Below are positions 54,334-64,000 of a stretch of 64,000 nt of DNA, one piece after another. Position numbers and translations under genes: made by a program. The notes under the pieces are model-generated. The model was not told the DNA's origin and ran no database searches. It saw nothing but the letters and a program-made list of their open reading frames with translations. Every line of letters starts with the position of its first letter. Position 1 is the stretch's first letter. The DNA comes from Minisyncoccota bacterium (GTDB lineage: Bacteria > Patescibacteriota > Minisyncoccia > Phycocordibacterales > CAJBRS01), in contig DASRDX010000009.1 of NCBI GenBank assembly GCA_035652395.1, positions 62,642-126,641 on the forward strand, read 5' to 3'.

Positions 54334-55521
54334 TTACGGCAACAACTTTTTCACCCATCTCCAAAGTCTGCTTGGCGTATCTTTAATACCGGAAAGACCT
54401 AAGTCAGTAATAAGGTTATCTTCGGCCGAAGTCAGCCCCAAAACGCAAAGGCCGTAAGCCACAGCCCATTCCGAGCCTTTAATAATTCCTTTAATATTGC
54501 CCTCAAATTTCAGATCGGAACGCTTGGAAGGGAGTTTCAAGGCCGCCTTAGCCATATCTTCAATGGTCGCTACTCCCGAGCCTCCACCGGTAATAATGAT
54601 GCCGGCTGGAAGAAGACCATTGCGCCCGATTTTTCGTAGGTGGGCCTCAACTAATTCAAAAATATCTGACAGACGAGCGATCACAATTTCATCTAACTTC
54701 TTTTTGGAAAATTTATCGTTTTGACTGGCGCCGAGTTTTACCCGCTCCGCTTCATCAATTGGAATTTTTAGACCGAGCGCGATGTCGTTAGTAATGTCAT
54801 TTGATCCGATCGGAAAAACTTCCAATGAAATCGGGATGTCATTTTCAAAAACGACGATGGAAACAGTCTCGGAACCGATGTTGGTCAAAACACATCCGGC
54901 AATTTTTTGAGTTTTACTAAGTGTTACCAAACTGGCGGCAAGCGGTGCCGCCATGACATCTTCCACTTCCACGCCGGCTTTTTCTACGGCGCTGATAATG
55001 TCATTGAGATGATGTGAAAGCGAAGTAACAAAAAGAGTGCGTACTTCAAGTTTGGCGCCTTTCATTCCTTGCGGCCGGCCCAGAACAATTTTACCGTCAA
55101 CTTTATATTGAAGAGGAATAGTATGAAGAACCGTGCGATTGAGAGAAAGAGAATTTGGAATTTCATTTTCGCTAATCTCCACTACTCTCTTAACATCATT
55201 TTCGGAAATTTCTGAATCAGCTCTGGTGGTGATTAATGAACCTACCGAAATGAAGGCGGAAAGTCCGATTCCGCCAAAAGCTAAATAAGCCTTGCTAATT
55301 CGAACACCGGCCGTCTTTTCGGCCTGACGGACAGCGGAAGAGACGCTTTTGGCCGCTTCTTCCACGTTAATAACGTAACCATGGCGTAGTCCCTTGGTTT
55401 CAGCAGAGCCGGACCCAATAATGCGAGGCCCAGCCTTAGGATTGTCGGAAGAGGCTTCAGCCACCACGACTTTGATTTGGTAACTTCCTATGTCTATGCC
55501 GGCTGCAATTTGACGGGCCAT
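54334..55521 (-). CDS. ftsA: Cell division protein FtsA
   Basis: Actin-like ATPase with AAGIDIGSYQIKVVVAE N-terminus and GGGSGVATIEDMAKAAL. Immediately upstream of ftsZ. Confidence 0.9.
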   Translation of the reverse strand: MARQIAAGIDIGSYQIKVVVAEASSDNPKAGPRIIGSGSAETKGLRHGYVINVEEAAKSVSSAVRQAEKTAGVRISKAYLAFGGIGLSAFISVGSLITTRADSEISENDVKRVVEISENEIPNSLSLNRTVLHTIPLQYKVDGKIVLGRPQGMKGAKLEVRTLFVTSLSHHLNDIISAVEKAGVEVEDVMAAPLAASLVTLSKTQKIAGCVLTNIGSETVSIVVFENDIPISLEVFPIGSNDITNDIALGLKIPIDEAERVKLGASQNDKFSKKKLDEIVIARLSDIFELVEAHLRKIGRNGLLPAGIIITGGGSGVATIEDMAKAALKLPSKRSDLKFEGNIKGIIKGSEWAVAYGLCVLGLTSAEDNLITDLGLSGIKDTPSRLWRWVKKLLP

Positions 55522-55551
55522 TTAGAGGGGTTAAAAGTTAAAAGTAAAAGG

Positions 55552-55977
55552 TTAAAAGTTGCTAGATTTGATTTTGAAAAATTGACGGTATTTTTTTTCC
55601 TCACTTTCCATTTTACTACCATGTCGGAAGCCTTTCAAATGACAAAGCCCGTGAATGAAGAGGGTAGTCGTCGCGGCAGTGACGGCGGATTTGGATTTCG
55701 GCTGCTTGGGATTTGCCCAAGCAGCCGGCGAAATAAAAATTTCTCCCTCATTTTTTGAAATTGGAAAACTCAAAATGTTGGCGGGCTTTCTTTTTTGGCG
55801 GTATTTCCGGTTAAGTTTCTGGCTGTGAGAGAGGGAAGTAAAGACCAGACTTAATTGATATTTTCGTCCCAGAACTTTGTCTTTAATTCGAAGGAGAAGC
55901 GCCCCGCCTATAGGCGGGGCGCTTCCAATCAACTTCGTCACACTAAAATTAGGAGAATAGAAAACCGTTTTAGCCAT
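55552..55977 (-). CDS. ybeY: rRNA maturation RNase YbeY
   Basis: HGLCHLKGFRH (HxxxHxxGxxH zinc motif), KLNRKYRQKRKPANILSFP. Confidence 0.75.
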   Translation of the reverse strand: MAKTVFYSPNFSVTKLIGSAPPIGGALLLRIKDKVLGRKYQLSLVFTSLSHSQKLNRKYRQKRKPANILSFPISKNEGEIFISPAAWANPKQPKSKSAVTAATTTLFIHGLCHLKGFRHGSKMESEEKKYRQFFKIKSSNF

Positions 55978-56228
55978 TATCTTCCGGAACCCATGTGAGT
56001 TTCTCGCGGTCTGATCTTGCCGAGTTTAATCATTTCGTTAATTTCCTCTCGTTTTCTGAGACTCTTTAAAGCCTTCTTTTTTCGGACATATGGAGAAGTG
56101 GTGCGCTGACTGTAACGAAGGGAACGCACTCGATTTAAAATGCCAGCCTCCTGCACCCGGCGGGTGAACTTCCGGATTAAGGTAGCGTTATTTTCATTAT
56201 TATTTCGGCTGACTTCAACGTTAATCAT
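55977..56228 (-). CDS. rpsU: 30S ribosomal protein bS21
   Basis: MINVEVSRNNNENNATLIRKFTRRVQEAGILNRVRSLRYSQRTTSPYVRKKKA has the same length and basic pattern as S21 (FKRSCEKAG...R...EKP). Confidence 0.6.
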   Translation of the reverse strand: MINVEVSRNNNENNATLIRKFTRRVQEAGILNRVRSLRYSQRTTSPYVRKKKALKSLRKREEINEMIKLGKIRPRETHMGSGR

Positions 56229-56256
56229 GGTTCATTAGAATAGCACGGCTCTTTCA

Positions 56257-57501
56257 CTATTTCAACTTTTTCAAATATTTCACCAGGTCTTCAATCATGA
56301 TAGTTTCCTGAGAACGGTTGCTCATGTTGCGAACTACCGCGCTGCCCTCCAGAGCCTCTTTTTGTCCCATAATAATAACGTAAGGAATATTCATTTTCTC
56401 TGCCGTGCCAATTTGCACCGTTAATTTGTCTTTACTTAAGGATTGATGCATTGGAATCTTGGCCTGTCGGAGCATTTCCATGATTTTCAAACTCTGCAGT
56501 TTAGCGTCAAAACCAAATTGAATGAAATAAAATTTTGGTGCCACCTCCCGATGTCGTCTATTTTGTTTCAAATGATCCGGATGAATTAAGATGGCCACTC
56601 CAACTGACGGCACATCTTTTTTGTTCCAAATTTTTTTGGCCAGCCCGTTGTAACGCTCTCCAATGGCGTAAGTATTTTCCTCCTTGGTTTTTTTATTAGT
56701 ACCGCGAATTTCAAAAATGGTACCACTGCAGAAACTTCGACTACCCACCAATGAATGCTCAATGTTATAAGGCAAACCAAGAGACTCCAGATACTCCAGA
56801 ACCTCTTTAAAGTGAACTCGGCTTGGTTCGGAGAGAAAACTCATAGCCTTTGGCGCCGCCTCCTGTAGGGCCAAACACTCTTCTTCCCTGCAGTGAAGAA
56901 TTTCAAAAATATCTTTCTTAAAAGTGGCCCGGCAATGGGCAGGCAGACTACTCCAGTTTTTACGATAATAAGCTGTTAATTCTCGGGTAAAACGGGCAAT
57001 TGATTCTTTATCCCCAATACTATTGATGCCAATGGATAACTCTTCCTCCGGATACTGATCTTTCAAGATGACAAAAGCCGTCTCAATAATCATGGCGTCA
57101 GCAATGCTTTTAGAATTGCTCAAGATTTCCATATTAAAAGTCTTTTCTCTTTTAATACGGGGAATATGTGGGTTGCCAGCAATCGGCCCTTCATAATAAA
57201 TCGGCGCCGGAATACCTAAGTGCGCCATATTTTTTTCCAGAAAATTTCGAAGAATGCAGATCTTCTCTTCTAAAAATCCGGAGAATTTAAATTCATCCTC
57301 CCGAAAAGGATGAACTTCTTTCGTATGAGAATCCTTAAAAGTTTTGGCTTTGATTAAATCTTCTCTTTCAATCTCCAGATATGGCGCCTGACAAAAACCA
57401 TAATATTTGGCTGTCTCTGTCGCTCGTTCATATTCTCGACTGATTCTCTTTGGTGGACGAACGCGTCTGATCTTTTTCTTTAGATTAGTTTTAGTAGCCA
57501 T
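56257..57501 (-). CDS. hisS: Histidyl-tRNA synthetase (divergent, with basic N-terminal extension)
   Basis: Class II motif 3-like AIGERYNGL, HisRS HisA-like GSRSFCSGTIFEI (compare RGLDYYTGTVFE), and a C-terminal anticodon-binding fold PYVIIMGQKEALEGSAVVRNM. Confidence 0.65.
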   Translation of the reverse strand: MATKTNLKKKIRRVRPPKRISREYERATETAKYYGFCQAPYLEIEREDLIKAKTFKDSHTKEVHPFREDEFKFSGFLEEKICILRNFLEKNMAHLGIPAPIYYEGPIAGNPHIPRIKREKTFNMEILSNSKSIADAMIIETAFVILKDQYPEEELSIGINSIGDKESIARFTRELTAYYRKNWSSLPAHCRATFKKDIFEILHCREEECLALQEAAPKAMSFLSEPSRVHFKEVLEYLESLGLPYNIEHSLVGSRSFCSGTIFEIRGTNKKTKEENTYAIGERYNGLAKKIWNKKDVPSVGVAILIHPDHLKQNRRHREVAPKFYFIQFGFDAKLQSLKIMEMLRQAKIPMHQSLSKDKLTVQIGTAEKMNIPYVIIMGQKEALEGSAVVRNMSNRSQETIMIEDLVKYLKKLK

Positions 57502-57502
57502 C

Positions 57503-58228
57503 TTAATTCGTAGGTTTTTCTTTTACAGCTCCTGGCATGAAGCTGACTCGATCAATGGGCAGAAGTCTCAAGAAAGCTCGACCAACAATTTCATCACGGG
57601 AGAGGGGTCCCCAAGCACGCGAATCAAAACTGACGGGCCGATTATCGCCAAGAACAAAATATTGATCCGGACCAAGAGTGATAGTTTCATTTTTTTCTCC
57701 GGAATATTTAACGTAAGGTTCATCCAAAACAAAACCATTTGGATGTTCCTGATTTTTAATAATGATTTGGTTGTCTTGAATGACAATAGTCTCATTTGGA
57801 AGACCGATGATGCGTTTGATGTAATAGATACCGCTTTGAGGTTTTATTCCCTGATCGGTGAAAGCTTGTCGGGGCGGATGGAAAATAATTACATCGCCGC
57901 GCGAAGGATTTCCAAGATGATATGAAAGTTCGTCAACGATTAGATACTCACCGCCGGAGAAGGTTGGCTCCATAGAAGTTCCAACTACAATGAAGGGCTG
58001 AGCCACGAAGACTCGCAAGGGTACCAAGATGATTAAAATAAAAAAGACAAACTTGACTAATTCCTTGAAAAAACCGCCCTTTTTAGCCGTATTTTCAGAA
58101 GATGAAAGATTTTGAGGCGAGGTATTCTCGTCTGACATGGGCACATCATATAGGCAAAGCTTATTTGACACAAGCGTCGTGTCAGCTTTGGCGTTCGCTG
58201 TTTCGTTTCTCTTCACCTTTTGTGGCAT
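57503..58228 (-). CDS. lepB: Signal peptidase I
   Basis: GTSMEPTF (catalytic Ser box), YIKRIIGLPNETI (Lys box), LGDNRPVSFDSRAWG. Confidence 0.8.
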   Translation of the reverse strand: MPQKVKRNETANAKADTTLVSNKLCLYDVPMSDENTSPQNLSSSENTAKKGGFFKELVKFVFFILIILVPLRVFVAQPFIVVGTSMEPTFSGGEYLIVDELSYHLGNPSRGDVIIFHPPRQAFTDQGIKPQSGIYYIKRIIGLPNETIVIQDNQIIIKNQEHPNGFVLDEPYVKYSGEKNETITLGPDQYFVLGDNRPVSFDSRAWGPLSRDEIVGRAFLRLLPIDRVSFMPGAVKEKPTN

Positions 58229-58287
58229 TGTCGGCGTTTAGGACTGGTTGTGGTAGCACCTAACACTCTTAAAAATGAAATGCTAGA

Positions 58288-58920
58288 ATGATTTTTATGT
58301 TTTATATTGTGGGATTGGGCAATCCTGGAGAGGAATATCAAAATACTCGACATAATGTCGGACGAATGATGGTTGTAAATTTTATAAAACAAAATTTACC
58401 ATCTACAGCTTTTGCTTTTAATAAGAAATTACAGGCTCTGATAACCGAAGGAAAAGTCGGCTCGCCTCGCTTGCGTGCAGGCGAAGCGGGTCGCGAGCGC
58501 GCCACCCTGATCCTGCCCGAAACTTTCATGAATAAATCCGGTCAATCTGTTAAACCACTAATTACCAGCAAGAAAAAAGCCGAATCACTGATCGTCATAA
58601 ATGATGATTTGGATTTACCACTAGGAAGATTCAAAATTACCTTCAATCGTGGTTCCGGTGGCCACAAAGGAGTGGAGTCAATTATTCGGGCCATTAAAAC
58701 TGAAGCTTTCATCCGAATCAAAGTCGGAATTTCCCCGGCCACTCCATCCGGGAAAATTCGAAAGCCGGATCATAAAAAGATTTTAGATTTCATTATCGGT
58801 CCATTTAAAAAATCTGAACTGGACATTTTAAAAAAAGTTTCAAAAAAAGTCTCCGCAGCAATTGAAATGATAATAATGGAAGGAAAAGAAAAAGCGATGG
58901 GCGAATTTAATAGTCTATAA
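58288..58920 (+). CDS. pth: Peptidyl-tRNA hydrolase
   Basis: IVGLGNPGEEYQNTRHNVG and NDDLDLPLGRFKI...GGHKGVESI. Confidence 0.85.
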   Translation: MIFMFYIVGLGNPGEEYQNTRHNVGRMMVVNFIKQNLPSTAFAFNKKLQALITEGKVGSPRLRAGEAGRERATLILPETFMNKSGQSVKPLITSKKKAESLIVINDDLDLPLGRFKITFNRGSGGHKGVESIIRAIKTEAFIRIKVGISPATPSGKIRKPDHKKILDFIIGPFKKSELDILKKVSKKVSAAIEMIIMEGKEKAMGEFNSL

Positions 58921-58926
58921 AAAAGA

Positions 58927-58962
58927 ATGCCGGGTTGCGCGAAGCGTAACCCGGCATTAGAT
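58927..58962. terminator. Bidirectional terminator
   Basis: ATGCCGGGTTGCGCGAAGCGTAACCCGGCAT. Confidence 0.7.
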
Positions 58963-58977
58963 TGATCCTTTTTGAAG

Positions 58978-59268
58978 CTAATTGGTGAGGAATATTACTA
59001 TTCCCCCAAGAACTAATCCACCAACCATGCAGACGATACCCATGGTCGTGATAGAGCTAGGGATTTCCTTCTCCCAACTCCTTACTTCTTCCCCCAGTCT
59101 TTCAATCTCCTGTTGGAGAGGGAGCTGACTCCGCTCCAGGATTTTCTCATGAAGTACGGCCTCCGTAGCTTGTATGTGTCGACGAGCTTCCTTTGCTCGG
59201 GGCGTATACAGACTGCACAAAGTCAGAATCACTCCGCCCAAACAAACAGCTGCACTCATACTCAACAA
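58978..59268 (-). CDS. Hypothetical small membrane protein
   Basis: 96 aa, hydrophobic at both ends with a central coiled region. Confidence 0.4.
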   Translation of the reverse strand: MLSMSAAVCLGGVILTLCSLYTPRAKEARRHIQATEAVLHEKILERSQLPLQQEIERLGEEVRSWEKEIPSSITTMGIVCMVGGLVLGGIVIFLTN

Positions 59269-59343
59269 TATCTTTTGATTTTTTTTCGTATGTTTACCTC
59301 CTTTTTAGAATATTGGTATTTTATTAGAAATTGTCAAGGTGAA

Positions 59344-60459
59344 TTATATATGCTCTACAAAAGACAATGCCATCTTTTGTTCCTTTGGATCGAAGAGAGT
59401 AATGCGGAAAGTATAGCTTTTGCCAAGTTCCAATTTCTGACGAAGTTTTTCCTCACTGCCAAATTCGCTGATGTGAACCAGACCCGCTACTCCTTCCTCA
59501 ATGGAGGCTAGAGCACCGTGTTTGTTGTATTTAATGACGACACCCTGAACGACATCATCCTTCTTGTATTTGGCCTCGGCCGCCTTCCAAGGATTTTCTT
59601 TCAGCGCTTTGATAGAGAGAGAAATCTTCCCATCTTTAATTTCAATAATTTTCACTTTTACTTTCTCGCCGATATGAAAACGAGTGCGCGGGTCTTCCAC
59701 CAACGACCAGTCAATTTCTGAAATGTGAACTAGTCCTTCCAACCCCTCTTCTACTTTGACGAAGACGCCGAAATCGACAATGCCGGTTACTTCACCATCA
59801 AGATCATCACCGACAGTATATTTGCCGATAATCTTTTCTTTGTCTTTTAATTCCGGATTTTTTTCCGAGAAGATTAATTTGCCTTCCTTAGGCAGAGCGG
59901 AAATAATTGCCACGGAAATTTTCTGGCCGATTAATTTTTTCAACTCTTCTAGAATTTTATCTTTATCGCCATCAAGAACACGCGGGTAATGTTCGGTTTT
60001 AAGTTGAGAAGCCGGCAAAAATCCCTGAATGCCTTGCCAGGTCAGAATCAGCCCACCCTTATTAGCCTCCACTACCGGCAAATCAAGAATGCGTTTATCC
60101 CGGATAGCCGCTTCAGCCTCGCTCCAGATGAGCGCTTGCTTAGCTTCTTTTAGTGAAAGTTCAATGTAGCCTTCAGCACTATTTAAATCAACAATCTTAG
60201 CTGCTACTGTATCCCCAACATTGATTCTTTTAATAATATCGCGGGCGGCAATGTATTCTCGGCCATAGATAATACCGGTGCCGAAAGGAGACAAATTAAC
60301 AAAGACTCCATTCTTATCAATGGCTAAAACCGCCCCTTCTATTAAATCGCCGGTTGAGGGCGGTGTAGGGGAATCGGACAAGTATTTGGACATGATGCTG
60401 TCCTTCTTGGACTTAACTTCCTTTTCAACTTCCGGACTTTTGGTGGCTATGCGTGGCAT
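59344..60459 (-). CDS. rpsA: 30S ribosomal protein S1 (four S1 domains)
   Basis: Repeated S1-domain pattern (GDLIEGAVLAIDKNGVFV..., GDTVAAKIVDLN..., GKYTVGDDLDGEVTGIVDFGVFVKV..., DDVVQGVVIKYNKHGALASI...). Confidence 0.85.
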   Translation of the reverse strand: MPRIATKSPEVEKEVKSKKDSIMSKYLSDSPTPPSTGDLIEGAVLAIDKNGVFVNLSPFGTGIIYGREYIAARDIIKRINVGDTVAAKIVDLNSAEGYIELSLKEAKQALIWSEAEAAIRDKRILDLPVVEANKGGLILTWQGIQGFLPASQLKTEHYPRVLDGDKDKILEELKKLIGQKISVAIISALPKEGKLIFSEKNPELKDKEKIIGKYTVGDDLDGEVTGIVDFGVFVKVEEGLEGLVHISEIDWSLVEDPRTRFHIGEKVKVKIIEIKDGKISLSIKALKENPWKAAEAKYKKDDVVQGVVIKYNKHGALASIEEGVAGLVHISEFGSEEKLRQKLELGKSYTFRITLFDPKEQKMALSFVEHI

Positions 60460-60638
60460 AAATTATGTAACAAAAATATCCCGACGTTCACCCCGCGAAG
60501 CTATCGTGACAAAAAGGTGGATTACGTCCGTGGATCGATTCGATTAATATATTTAGTATACACAGGAAATCTCCCAGTGCAAGGCAATTCGTCGTTATTC
60601 TCATTCGTAATTCTCTCAAAATCTGGTAAGATTTTTTT

Positions 60639-61244
60639 ATGGTCATTACCTATCACGGTTTGGAATTTTTCAAGATGCAACTGGGCGACTTAACAGTGGC
60701 TTTTAATCCGCCTTCCAAGAAATCTCCTTTTAAAGCTCCTCGATTTGGCGCTGATATTGTTTTGGTTTCCATGAACAATGTTGATATGAATGGCGCTGAG
60801 GAATTAAAACACGGAGAAAGAGTGCCGTTTATCATTTCCGGTCCGGGCGAGTATGAAGTGAAAGAAGTTTTTATTCGCGGTTTAGATATGTTGCCGGTAA
60901 CTATCTACACTTTGAATTTGGATAACATCAATCTTTGTTTCCTGGGACCTCTCGAATCGAAAGACTTGCCACCTAATATTGTGGAGGCTTTGGACGATAT
61001 TGATATTTTATTTGTGCCAATCGGGGGACACGGTGTGTTAACGCCGGCTGATGCCAATAAACTAGCAGTTAACCTTGAGCCGAAGCTAGTTATCCCGATG
61101 CATTATGTTGAACAGGACAAGAGTTCACTAAAAACTTTTCTGAAAGAAGCTGGGGAAGAGGTGAAGGCGATTGATAAGCTGACAATCAAAAAGAAAGATT
61201 TGGAAGGAAAGGAGGGTGATGTGGTGGTCTTAAGTATTGTTTAG
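60639..61244 (+). CDS. MBL-fold metal-dependent hydrolase (UPF0173-like)
   Basis: ITYHGLEFFKMQLGDLTVAFNP...ADIVLVS...LFVPIGGHGVLTPADANKL, the pattern of small Zn-dependent hydrolases. Confidence 0.6.
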   Translation: MVITYHGLEFFKMQLGDLTVAFNPPSKKSPFKAPRFGADIVLVSMNNVDMNGAEELKHGERVPFIISGPGEYEVKEVFIRGLDMLPVTIYTLNLDNINLCFLGPLESKDLPPNIVEALDDIDILFVPIGGHGVLTPADANKLAVNLEPKLVIPMHYVEQDKSSLKTFLKEAGEEVKAIDKLTIKKKDLEGKEGDVVVLSIV

Positions 61245-61275
61245 AAGAGGTGACCGGCAATTATAAAAAGTAAGC

Positions 61276-61587
61276 ATGTTCAAACTAATTCAAAGACTTC
61301 AGCAAAAACCGGAGAATGAGCGCCGCCGCATTTTAATTGTCAGCACTTTTTCCATAACGCTCGTTATTTTTTTAGTTTGGCTAGCGAGCTTTACTCATGA
61401 ATTAATGTTTAAATCAAATAATTCAAAAACGGTGGAAATTAATCCAATTACTCTTTTACAAAACAATCTGGGTAATGCTTCTACGGGTCTAAATCATTTT
61501 ATGGAAGCAAGTTCAAGTAATATCCAAAATCTGCCAGCCTCAAGCTCATCTTCCTCTACTCTAAATGCCACCACATCCACCGAGTAA
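61276..61587 (+). CDS. Hypothetical membrane-anchored protein with Ser-rich tail
   Basis: N-terminal TM RRRILIVSTFSITLVIFLVWL. Confidence 0.4.
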   Translation: MFKLIQRLQQKPENERRRILIVSTFSITLVIFLVWLASFTHELMFKSNNSKTVEINPITLLQNNLGNASTGLNHFMEASSSNIQNLPASSSSSSTLNATTSTE

Positions 61588-61630
61588 AATCAATGGAAAA
61601 TGGCTTAAAATCGTGTTAAAATAGCAATAT

Positions 61631-64000
61631 ATGGCTCCAAAAGAAAACCCTAAAAATAAGGAAGAAAAGCCCATCGCCGGCGAAAATCGCCCCAATATTG
61701 TTCCGCGAAGTCTGGTGACCGAGATGAAAGAGTCGTATCTCGACTACGCCATGTCCGTTATTACGGCGCGAGCTTTGCCTGACATTCGTGATGGACTGAA
61801 GCCGGTGCATCGCCGCATTCTCTATGCCATGAACGAACTTGGTTTAACCGCCGGTGCCAAAACTCGAAAGTCAGCCAAGATTACCGGAGACGTTACAGGT
61901 AATTATCATCCGCACGGAGATGCGGCTGTTTATGAATCGCTGGTAAAGATGGCACAGGATTTTTCCATGCGCTACCCGCTCATTATTGGGCAGGGGAATT
62001 TCGGATCAATTGATGGCGACGGCGCGGCTGCCCCGCGTTACACTGAAGCTAAAATGTCGCGCATTGCCAGCGAACTTCTACGCGATCTGGAAAAAGGCAC
62101 GGTGGAATTCCGGCCAAATTATGAAGGCACTCGTCGTGAGCCGGTAGTTTTGCCGACGGCCGTGCCAAATCTTCTATTGAATGGAACATTAGGGATCGCT
62201 GTTGGTATGGCCTCAAACATTCCTCCTCACAACCTCGGAGAAGTAATAGACGCCACTATTCATTTAATTGATAATCCGGAAGCCGGCAATCCCGAACTGA
62301 CACAATTTATCAAAGGACCGGATTTTCCGACCGGCGGAATTATTTACGGTGAGAAAGATATTCATCACGCTTACGCCAACGGCAAAGGTCCGGTAGTAGT
62401 GCGGGGAGAAGCCGAGATTGTGGAAGAGAAGGCTGGCCGCTCCCAAATTATCGTCACTTCCATTCCATTTAGAGTGAACAAAGCCGATCTCATCACTCAT
62501 ATTGCTGATCTAGTGCGCGACAAGAAACTTGAAGGCATTAAGGACATTCGCGATGAATCAACCAAAGATATTCGCATTGTCATTGATCTTAAAAACGGTG
62601 CCTATCCGCAGAATGTTTTAAATTATCTTTACAAACACACACAACTCGAAGAAACTTTCCACTTTAACAATGTAGCCTTGGTAGATGGAGTGCCTCAAAC
62701 TCTGGCTCTCAAGGGCTTTTTAGAAGAGTTCATTAGCCACCGAAAGGTTGTTATTCGACGGCGCACTGAATTCGATCTGGCTCGAGCCGAAGAGAAAGAA
62801 CACATTTTGCTCGGCTTAAAGAAGGCTCTGGACCACATCGATCGCATCATTAAATTGATACGAGCGGCCAAAGACGTCACCACTGCTCATGGCGACTTGC
62901 GCAAGGAATTTAAATTCTCGGATAAGCAAGCTACTGCTATTTTGGAAATGCGGCTGCAGAAGCTTGCCGGGCTCGAGCGCAAGAAGATAGAAGATGATTT
63001 AAAAGAAACTCAAACTCTCATTAAAGATCTCAAAGAAATTTTGGCCAGCTCAAAGCGCATTCAAACGATTATTAAAAACGAACTGAAGGAAATCCGAGAG
63101 AAATATGCGGACGAACGCAAAACCAAGATCATCAAACACGGTGCCAAAGCTTTTTCTATTGAAGATGTTATTCCGGATGAGGAATCCGTACTGGTTCTGA
63201 CGGCTGGAGGCTACATCAAGCGCACCAATCCCGACGAATATCGACGTCAGAAACGTGGCGGAGTCGGAGTAGTTGATCTTGATACTAAGGAAGAAGATTT
63301 TATTACTAAATTCTTGACCACTAGCAGTCACAGCGACTTGCTTTTCTTTACCGATAAAGGCAAGGCATATCAAATCAAGATGTATGACATTCCGGAAGGA
63401 CGTCGGGCTACTCGCGGCAAATCAATTATGAATTTTCTGTCACTTGGCTCAGACGAGAAAGTCACCTCCATTTTACCGATGCCGAAAGTGGTGAAGAATA
63501 ATCCGGTTTCTCTTCTTATGGTAACCAAAGGTGGGACGGCCAAAAAAGTCAAAGCCGAAAATTTTCATGATGTTAGACGCAGCGGTTTGATCGCCATTCG
63601 GCTGGAGGCGGGAGATGAATTAATTTCAGCCTCTTTTGTGGAAAAGGGAGATGAGGTCAGTGTTGTCTCGTCCGATGGACAATCCATTCGATTTAGGGAA
63701 TCAGACGTGAGAGAAATGGGCAGAAGCGCCGGCGGAGTTCGGGTCATGAAATTAGCTAAAAAGGCCGAAGTTGTGGGGGCGGATGTCATCAAGAAAAGCT
63801 ATAGTAATCCGGAAATTCTGGTGGTGATGAAGAATGGTTATGGCAAGAAGACTGATCTGAAAGAATACAAAACTCAAAAACGAGGGGGAAGCGGCATTAA
63901 GACGGCCAAAGTAACTTCCAAAACTGGCGATCTGATCGCTTCCAAAGTTATTTCCGGAGCCGAAACGGAAGTAGTAGCTATTTCCAAAAAGAGTCAGGTC
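61631..64000 (+). CDS. gyrA: DNA gyrase subunit A (3' end beyond window)
   Basis: [29 protein letters not shown]...[22 protein letters not shown]...GNFGSIDGD. It is missing from the ORF track because no stop codon falls inside the window. Confidence 0.95.
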   Translation, partial: MAPKENPKNKEEKPIAGENRPNIVPRSLVTEMKESYLDYAMSVITARALPDIRDGLKPVHRRILYAMNELGLTAGAKTRKSAKITGDVTGNYHPHGDAAVYESLVKMAQDFSMRYPLIIGQGNFGSIDGDGAAAPRYTEAKMSRIASELLRDLEKGTVEFRPNYEGTRREPVVLPTAVPNLLLNGTLGIAVGMASNIPPHNLGEVIDATIHLIDNPEAGNPELTQFIKGPDFPTGGIIYGEKDIHHAYANGKGPVVVRGEAEIVEEKAGRSQIIVTSIPFRVNKADLITHIADLVRDKKLEGIKDIRDESTKDIRIVIDLKNGAYPQNVLNYLYKHTQLEETFHFNNVALVDGVPQTLALKGFLEEFISHRKVVIRRRTEFDLARAEEKEHILLGLKKALDHIDRIIKLIRAAKDVTTAHGDLRKEFKFSDKQATAILEMRLQKLAGLERKKIEDDLKETQTLIKDLKEILASSKRIQTIIKNELKEIREKYADERKTKIIKHGAKAFSIEDVIPDEESVLVLTAGGYIKRTNPDEYRRQKRGGVGVVDLDTKEEDFITKFLTTSSHSDLLFFTDKGKAYQIKMYDIPEGRRATRGKSIMNFLSLGSDEKVTSILPMPKVVKNNPVSLLMVTKGGTAKKVKAENFHDVRRSGLIAIRLEAGDELISASFVEKGDEVSVVSSDGQSIRFRESDVREMGRSAGGVRVMKLAKKAEVVGADVIKKSYSNPEILVVMKNGYGKKTDLKEYKTQKRGGSGIKTAKVTSKTGDLIASKVISGAETEVVAISKKSQV

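Noticed and set aside
8418-58962. Recurrent GGCGCC/GGCCGCC-containing hairpins (8425, 13622, 19977, 20462, 25372, 31388, 32523, 47625, 58930) as a dispersed repeat family
   Set aside because: Each is a short GC-clamped hairpin at a gene 3' end followed by T or A runs. That is consistent with ordinary intrinsic terminators sharing composition, not a mobile repeat.
59113-59511. 132-aa plus-strand ORF
   Set aside because: It spans the divergent region and overlaps the rpsA 3' end antisense. It runs through the probable promoter region of the 58978-59268 gene and has no motif.
1-64000. CRISPR arrays, cas genes, integrases, transposases, phage structural genes
   Set aside because: I scanned for regularly spaced direct repeats of 24-48 nt with unique spacers and for recognisable integrase or transposase motifs and found none. 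The only repeats are the tRNA-derived units, the two structured elements and the GC-hairpin terminators.

Overview
This 64-kb window looks like a chromosomal segment from a small-genome, gene-dense bacterium. Many DUF and hypothetical proteins, weak Shine-Dalgarno signals and housekeeping genes carrying insertions suggest a Patescibacteria/CPR-type organism, but that is inference. TGA is used as a normal stop codon (e.g. the htpX-like gene at 11164-11166), so the standard bacterial code applies.

Recognisable housekeeping genes, in order: a diadenylate cyclase fused to a YbbR-like domain (5'-truncated), RNase J, a family-5 solute-binding protein, secG, groES-groEL, lemA with an htpX-like M48 protease, a NUDIX hydrolase, msrB, a class IV aminotransferase, a GT2 glycosyltransferase with a GtrA-like protein, class Ia ribonucleotide reductase (nrdA with ATP-cone, nrdB), murJ, lepA, ftsB-like, a type IV pilin-like protein, an NrdH-like glutaredoxin, valS, tsaD, trxB, ftsZ-ftsA, ybeY, rpsU, hisS, lepB, pth, rpsA and gyrA (3'-truncated).

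RNA genes: a bacterial type-A RNase P RNA on the minus strand at about 32553-32962, hidden under spurious six-frame ORFs. Seven intact tRNAs: Ser-GGA, Gly-CCC, Arg-CCT, Phe-GAA, Val-GAC, Glu-TTC, Ser-CGA. There are also several truncated tRNA copies.

No CRISPR array, integrase, transposase or prophage gene was seen.

The most unusual signals are:
- tRNA 5'-half fragments and degenerate tRNA-derived repeats clustered at the Gly, Arg and Val tRNA loci, with a shared 13-nt motif TAATTCTATGGCA at three junctions.
- A conserved structured intergenic element of about 110 nt in two copies, with compensatory changes in a 22-24-bp stem. One copy sits after the cdaA-like gene and one between nrdA and nrdB.
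- A roughly 500-nt highly structured leader between tsaD and valS, with its own strong promoter and an intrinsic terminator immediately upstream of valS.
- An in-frame TGA that splits a large TPR-containing membrane protein.
- A 29-bp perfect inverted repeat upstream of an MFS transporter gene.
- A low-GC gene next to a tRNA cluster.

All product calls rest on motif recognition by eye; no searches were run.
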